Shown here in pieces: positions 59,824 to 64,000 of a stretch of 64,000 bases of DNA. A model generated the notes under the pieces. That model was not told where the DNA came from. It did not search any database and saw nothing but the letters and a program-made list of their open reading frames with translations. The stretch is from Octopus sinensis (lineage: Eukaryota). The stretch is from contig NC_043019.1 in NCBI RefSeq assembly GCF_006345805.1, positions 17,235,360 through 17,299,359 on the forward strand, written 5' to 3'. Each line of letters opens with the position of its first letter. Positions within the stretch are counted from its first letter, which is position 1. Made by a program: the position numbers and the translations under genes.

Positions 59824-60080
59824 TGTCATCTCTTGTGAAAGGTAGGAGAGTCCAGTTTGCTGGACATTGTTGTAGAGCTGAAAACGAGGTAATTTCTACT
59901 CTCCTCCTCTGGAAGCCATCTGCTCGCAATACCAGAGGGCGCACACTCTCCTACCCTGATGTAATCTCCAGGGATACAGGCATCCAGCAACAGGACCTCC
60001 GTAATGCCATGATGGACCGTGAAGTCTGGCGTAGCATGGTAAATTCCATTGTCTCGACCATGGTTGAACAATGATGATGA
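59824..60080 (+). mobile_element. 3' fragment of a second RTE-like LINE inserted into a SINE
   Basis: RRVQFAGHCCR...WKP...RGR...MMDREVWRS, (ATG)n tail, ccctg duplicated at both junctions. Confidence 0.75.
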
Positions 60081-61494
60081 TCCCTGGGTTGACCAAAGCC
60101 TTGTTAGCAGATTTGGTAGACGGAAACTTAAAGAATCCCGTTGGGTATGCATGTGAGTGTATTGGTGTTCCTGTACTTCATACAAGCGGTATCACTAATT
60201 TTTCTTGTGTGAAAACATATCCAGAAAATATTAGCTTACTTGTACATAGCTAAGGGTTGTTGACAGGAAAGTCATCTAGTCATAAAAAAATCTTGTTTCA
60301 AAGAATTCCATCTGTCCATGCAAGCATGGAAAAGTGAATGTTAGAACAATTGTGTGTGTGTGTGTGTCCATGCATTGCAAGTTATTTGGTAACCCTTCTG
60401 ATGCTGGTTCCACATGAAAAAAAAAACATCCAGTCCACATTAAAGTGCATTTGGAAGGGCAACCAATGTAAAAATAATGCTAAAGCAGATTTTGCTGGTG
60501 CCATGTATAAAGCGCCCAAGCCACTCTGTAAAGTAGGTGGCATAAGGAAAGGCATCCTGCTGTACAGACCATGTCAGAACAGACATAACCAGTGCTGGTG
60601 CCACGTGAAAAGCACTCAGTCCACTTTGTAAGGTAGTTGTCATTAGGAAGGGCATCCAGCTGTAGAAACCATGCTAAAACAGTGAAGCCTAGTCAGCTCC
60701 TGTCAAGCCATCCAGCCTCTGCCGCCAGCATGGAAAATGGATGTTAAATGAATCTGGTGATATACATAAATTGTGTGTGTATGTATGTTACTATAGGTAG
60801 GTGTGACTCCAAACCTCAGGTATGAATTTGATAGATGGAAACTGTGTTGAGCACATCATACTGTACCTCTGATTTGAGGGTCTGGGTCTAGTGTTGGCTC
60901 AGGCTGTGTCCCACTGAGTTTGCTTGAGACTGTATAAGTGGTTTGTGGTATACTCAACCACTTGCATCATAATTTAGTGAGTAGTGAAACCATAATCTGA
61001 GTGGTCATTAATGATGGTAGTTGTGATAATAGTGAGAAAATATTGATAGAATGTATGTTGCATCATCTTTAATTTGTTTTAGTCATTCTTAACCTTTTAG
61101 CGTTCAAACTGGCCAGATCAGGCTCAAATATTCTACCTGTTTTGTGTTCAAACTGGTGAGGTCAGGCATCTCGGAACTACCCTGCAATGTCATTCTAAAA
61201 TTAAACAAACACATAACTGAAATCTCAAATCTAGAATTTTACCTATGGATCCCTTCAATTCCCATTTTACCCAGATGCATCGCCCACCAGCCATTTGGTG
61301 TTTAAAAAAATTATATTTTTATAATTAAATATTAGGAATTGCATAAAAAAATTGTTAAACTATTTTGTGTATTGTAGATGTATACCTAGTTTATTGCACA
61401 TAAACTTTAACAACAAAATCTTATATAGACCCCCAAGGGCCATATGGGTCTCGGTTGAGAACCACAGCTCTGGTTGGTCCTGAATTCTCTTTGG

Positions 61495-61912
61495 TGATGG
61501 TGTCATATAAAAAGCACTGGTGATGGTGCCACGTTAAAAAGCGCTGGTGATGGTGCCACGTTATAAGGCGCTGATGATGGTCCTGCATTAAAAAGCGCTG
61601 GTGATGGTGCCATTGTTAAAAAGCACTGGTAATTAGTTCCATGTTAAAAAGTGCTGGTGTCACATTAAAAAGTGCTGGTGATGGTCCCATGTTAAAAAGG
61701 ACTGGTAATTAGTTCCACATTAAAAAGGATTGGTGATGGTGTTACATTAAAAAGTACCCGGTACACTCTGTAAATTGGTTGGCATTAGGAAGAGCATCCA
61801 TCTGTAGAAACCAATCCAAAACAGTGTGAAACTTGGGGCAGCCCTGGCCTCGTCAGTTCCTGTGAAGCCATCCAACCCATGCGAACATGGAAAATGGACA
61901 TTAAATAATGAT
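61495..61912 (+). repeat. ~27-bp tandem array inside an RTE-type 3' UTR fragment
   Basis: aaaaagcgctggtgatggtgccacgtt repeats followed by the ggcattaggaagagcatcc motif. Confidence 0.7.
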
Positions 61913-62066
61913 GTGTTGTTATTAGTATCAGGTGATACCTGAGTGAATAGACGAATGATCAAAAGTATTCCATCTATGACCATCTAGTCTTTTATTGTAT
62001 GCATGATTAACTCCTTCTGATAATTACTACAGCTGCTTTCGAACCCAACTTTTTTCCTATTTGCAG

Positions 62067-62281
62067 TGGTTGACTCGAAGAGGACTGAATTTACAGACCC
62101 CTGAACATTACCTGAGACGATCAGCTTTTCCCTCGGGGATTGTAGATCATGTTAACTCACTGTCGGAGAACCTTGCTGATTTGATTGAAAAGTCGGAGTT
62201 CAGTGACATAGTGTTGTGTGTAGAAGGCGTTAACTTTAAATGTCATAAAGTCATTTTGGCTGCAAGATCGGACTATTTCAG
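62067..62281 (+). CDS. BTBD9: BTB/POZ domain-containing protein 9, BTB N-terminal exon; gene continues past the right edge
   Basis: ttgcag acceptor, AG|gttggt donor; GIVDHVNSLSENL...FSDIVLCVEG..FKCHKVILAARSDYFR matches the BTBD9 N-terminus (G.IDHV..LSE...DV.FVVE...F.AHRVILAAR..YFR). Confidence 0.82.
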
Positions 62282-62467
62282 GTTGGTTTCCATTTTAATT
62301 TTTAAAAAAATATATTTAAAATGAAAAAAAGTTTCTTTTTAGTTGACTTTGACTGATTTTTGTCTTTTATCCACTAGGTTTTGGTAAAATAGAATATACC
62401 AGCAATGCACCAGGTTCACTTTAATTAACTATATGCATTAAAAAAATACTTTGTTTTTATCATTATA

Positions 62468-62855
62468 GGCGCAGGAGTGGCTGTGTGGTAAGTAGCTTGT
62501 TTACCAACCACATGGTTCCAGGTTCAGTCCCACTGCGTGGCACCTTGGGCAAGTGTCTTCTACTATAGCCTCGGGCCGACCAAAGCCTTGTGAGTGGATT
62601 TGGTAGACGGAAACTGAAAGAAGCCCGTCGTATATATGTATATATATATGTGTGTGTGTGTTTGTGTGTCTGTGTTTGTCCCACGATGCTGGTGTGTTTA
62701 TGTCCCCGTTACTTAGCGGTTCGGCAAAAGAGACCGATAGAATAAGTACTGGGCTTACAAAAGAATAAGTCCCGGGGTCGAGTTGCTCGATTGAAGGCGG
62801 TGCTCCAGCATGGCCGCAGTCAAATGACTGAAACAAGTAAAAGAGTAAAAGAGTA
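62468..62855 (+). mobile_element. SINE family A
   Basis: Near-identical copy with a small deletion. Confidence 0.9.
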
Positions 62856-64000
62856 CACCAATCAAACATTGGTCTTGATTTTATATTTTGTCCTTCCAAG
62901 ATTGATAAAATAAAGTACTGGTGAACTAGTTAGGTGGTACATTACTAAGTTCAATATATTTTTGCCTCAAAATGAGTTAAACTGGTAAACAAAGATGCTC
63001 CTGGTTTTCTTTTATAGTTTAATATTTTGATATCCCTTTACTTTACAACCTTTTGATAAAACAGCTTCCTTTTATTTTATTTTTGTAATTTTGTAAGTTT
63101 TGTGTTTTGGTCAGGTTAGGCTTTATTAAGAAACCCACAAATATTTGCCGGTTGGATGAGTAACAAATGGTCCGATGATTCACATGAAAGCTTTCAATCA
63201 GTGTGACAAACATCTAATTTGTCTAATTACATTCAGATAAGTGGAGGTGCAATGGCCCAGTGGTTAGGTCAGCGGACTTGCGGTCGTAGGATCGCGGTTT
63301 CGATTCCCAGACCGGGCGTTGTGAGTGTTTATTGAGCGAAAACACCTAAAGCTCCACAAGGCTCTGGCAGTGGGTGGTGGTGATCCCTGCTGTACTCTTT
63401 CGCCACAACTTTCTCTCACTCTTTCTTCTGTTGGCCTGCTCACTTAGCCAGCGGGGTGGTGTCATTCGAAGGCTAAAACAATGCGAAACGCATTGTGACC
63501 AGCAATGTGTAGCGCATTGTGACCAGCAATGTGTAGTAACATCTGATAGCCTGGTCGGTCACGGTCACGGTGACATTTAGATAAGTATCAATTCTTCTGT
63601 ATGATTTCAAAGAGTTGGAATCAGAGGTTTTGTGTTGCAATTCTACAGTGCTAGTTTGAGCAGGAATTTCTTAGTTGCCATCTTCAGTTAGAGAAAGGAG
63701 AGAGGCAATGTTGGGTTCTTTTAGAATGTTGGCATTGGTGGAATTGAGGTATTTGATGTTTGGTTTAGTGGGGAAATGGGTGAGATGGAAATTCTTAGGG
63801 TTATAGTTCTAGAGAGAAAGAATCAGGTGAGGTATTTAGGGTGGGTGGGGAGGTAAACATAGAGAGACACAATGCAAGCAAAATGAGGCAGTAGTGGTCA
63901 TGGCTGGATTGAGGGTTTCTAATCTGATAGGATGGAGGAACAGAGACTGTTGATGTAGAAAAGAAAAGGAACTGCGAGAAAATAGTGTGTCTGTGAAGAG

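Noticed and set aside
2598-62899. Recurrent ORFs such as MSSNARGTNT...CPRCHAVGLNPEPCGW and ...FQSFDCGHAGAPP...
   Set aside because: Antisense translations of SINE family A copies, not a gene family
5295-63330. tRNA-like sequences at SINE starts
   Set aside because: A/B boxes are present but there is no intact acceptor stem, and they continue into SINE bodies; not tRNA genes

Overview
AT-rich, microsatellite- and retroposon-dense eukaryotic DNA. The SINE/RTE repertoire and gene structure point to an octopus-like coleoid cephalopod (inference). Spliced genes were reconstructed by hand from GT-AG sites and exon phase. They are: the first 12 coding exons of TUBGCP5 (minus strand, running off the left edge); an intronless serine palmitoyltransferase small subunit gene (SPTSSA-like, plus); MED30 (minus), whose last exon has an in-frame TGA and an apparent +1 frameshift; and the first exons of BTBD9 (plus, running off the right edge). 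A 96-nt SPTSS fragment sits just upstream of the MED30 coding exons. Most of the rest is tRNA-derived SINEs, RTE and R4/Dong LINE fragments, mariner/Tc1, Chapaev3, piggyBac-type MITEs, non-autonomous Helitrons and a LINE-derived 42-bp minisatellite. The most unusual signal is a set of minimal type-I hammerhead ribozyme motifs with palindromic stem III, the kind known from Penelope-like elements. They fall into at least four sequence families and usually lie in foldback structures. One is carried by a tRNA-headed, SINE-like element. All calls were made by eye without database searches.
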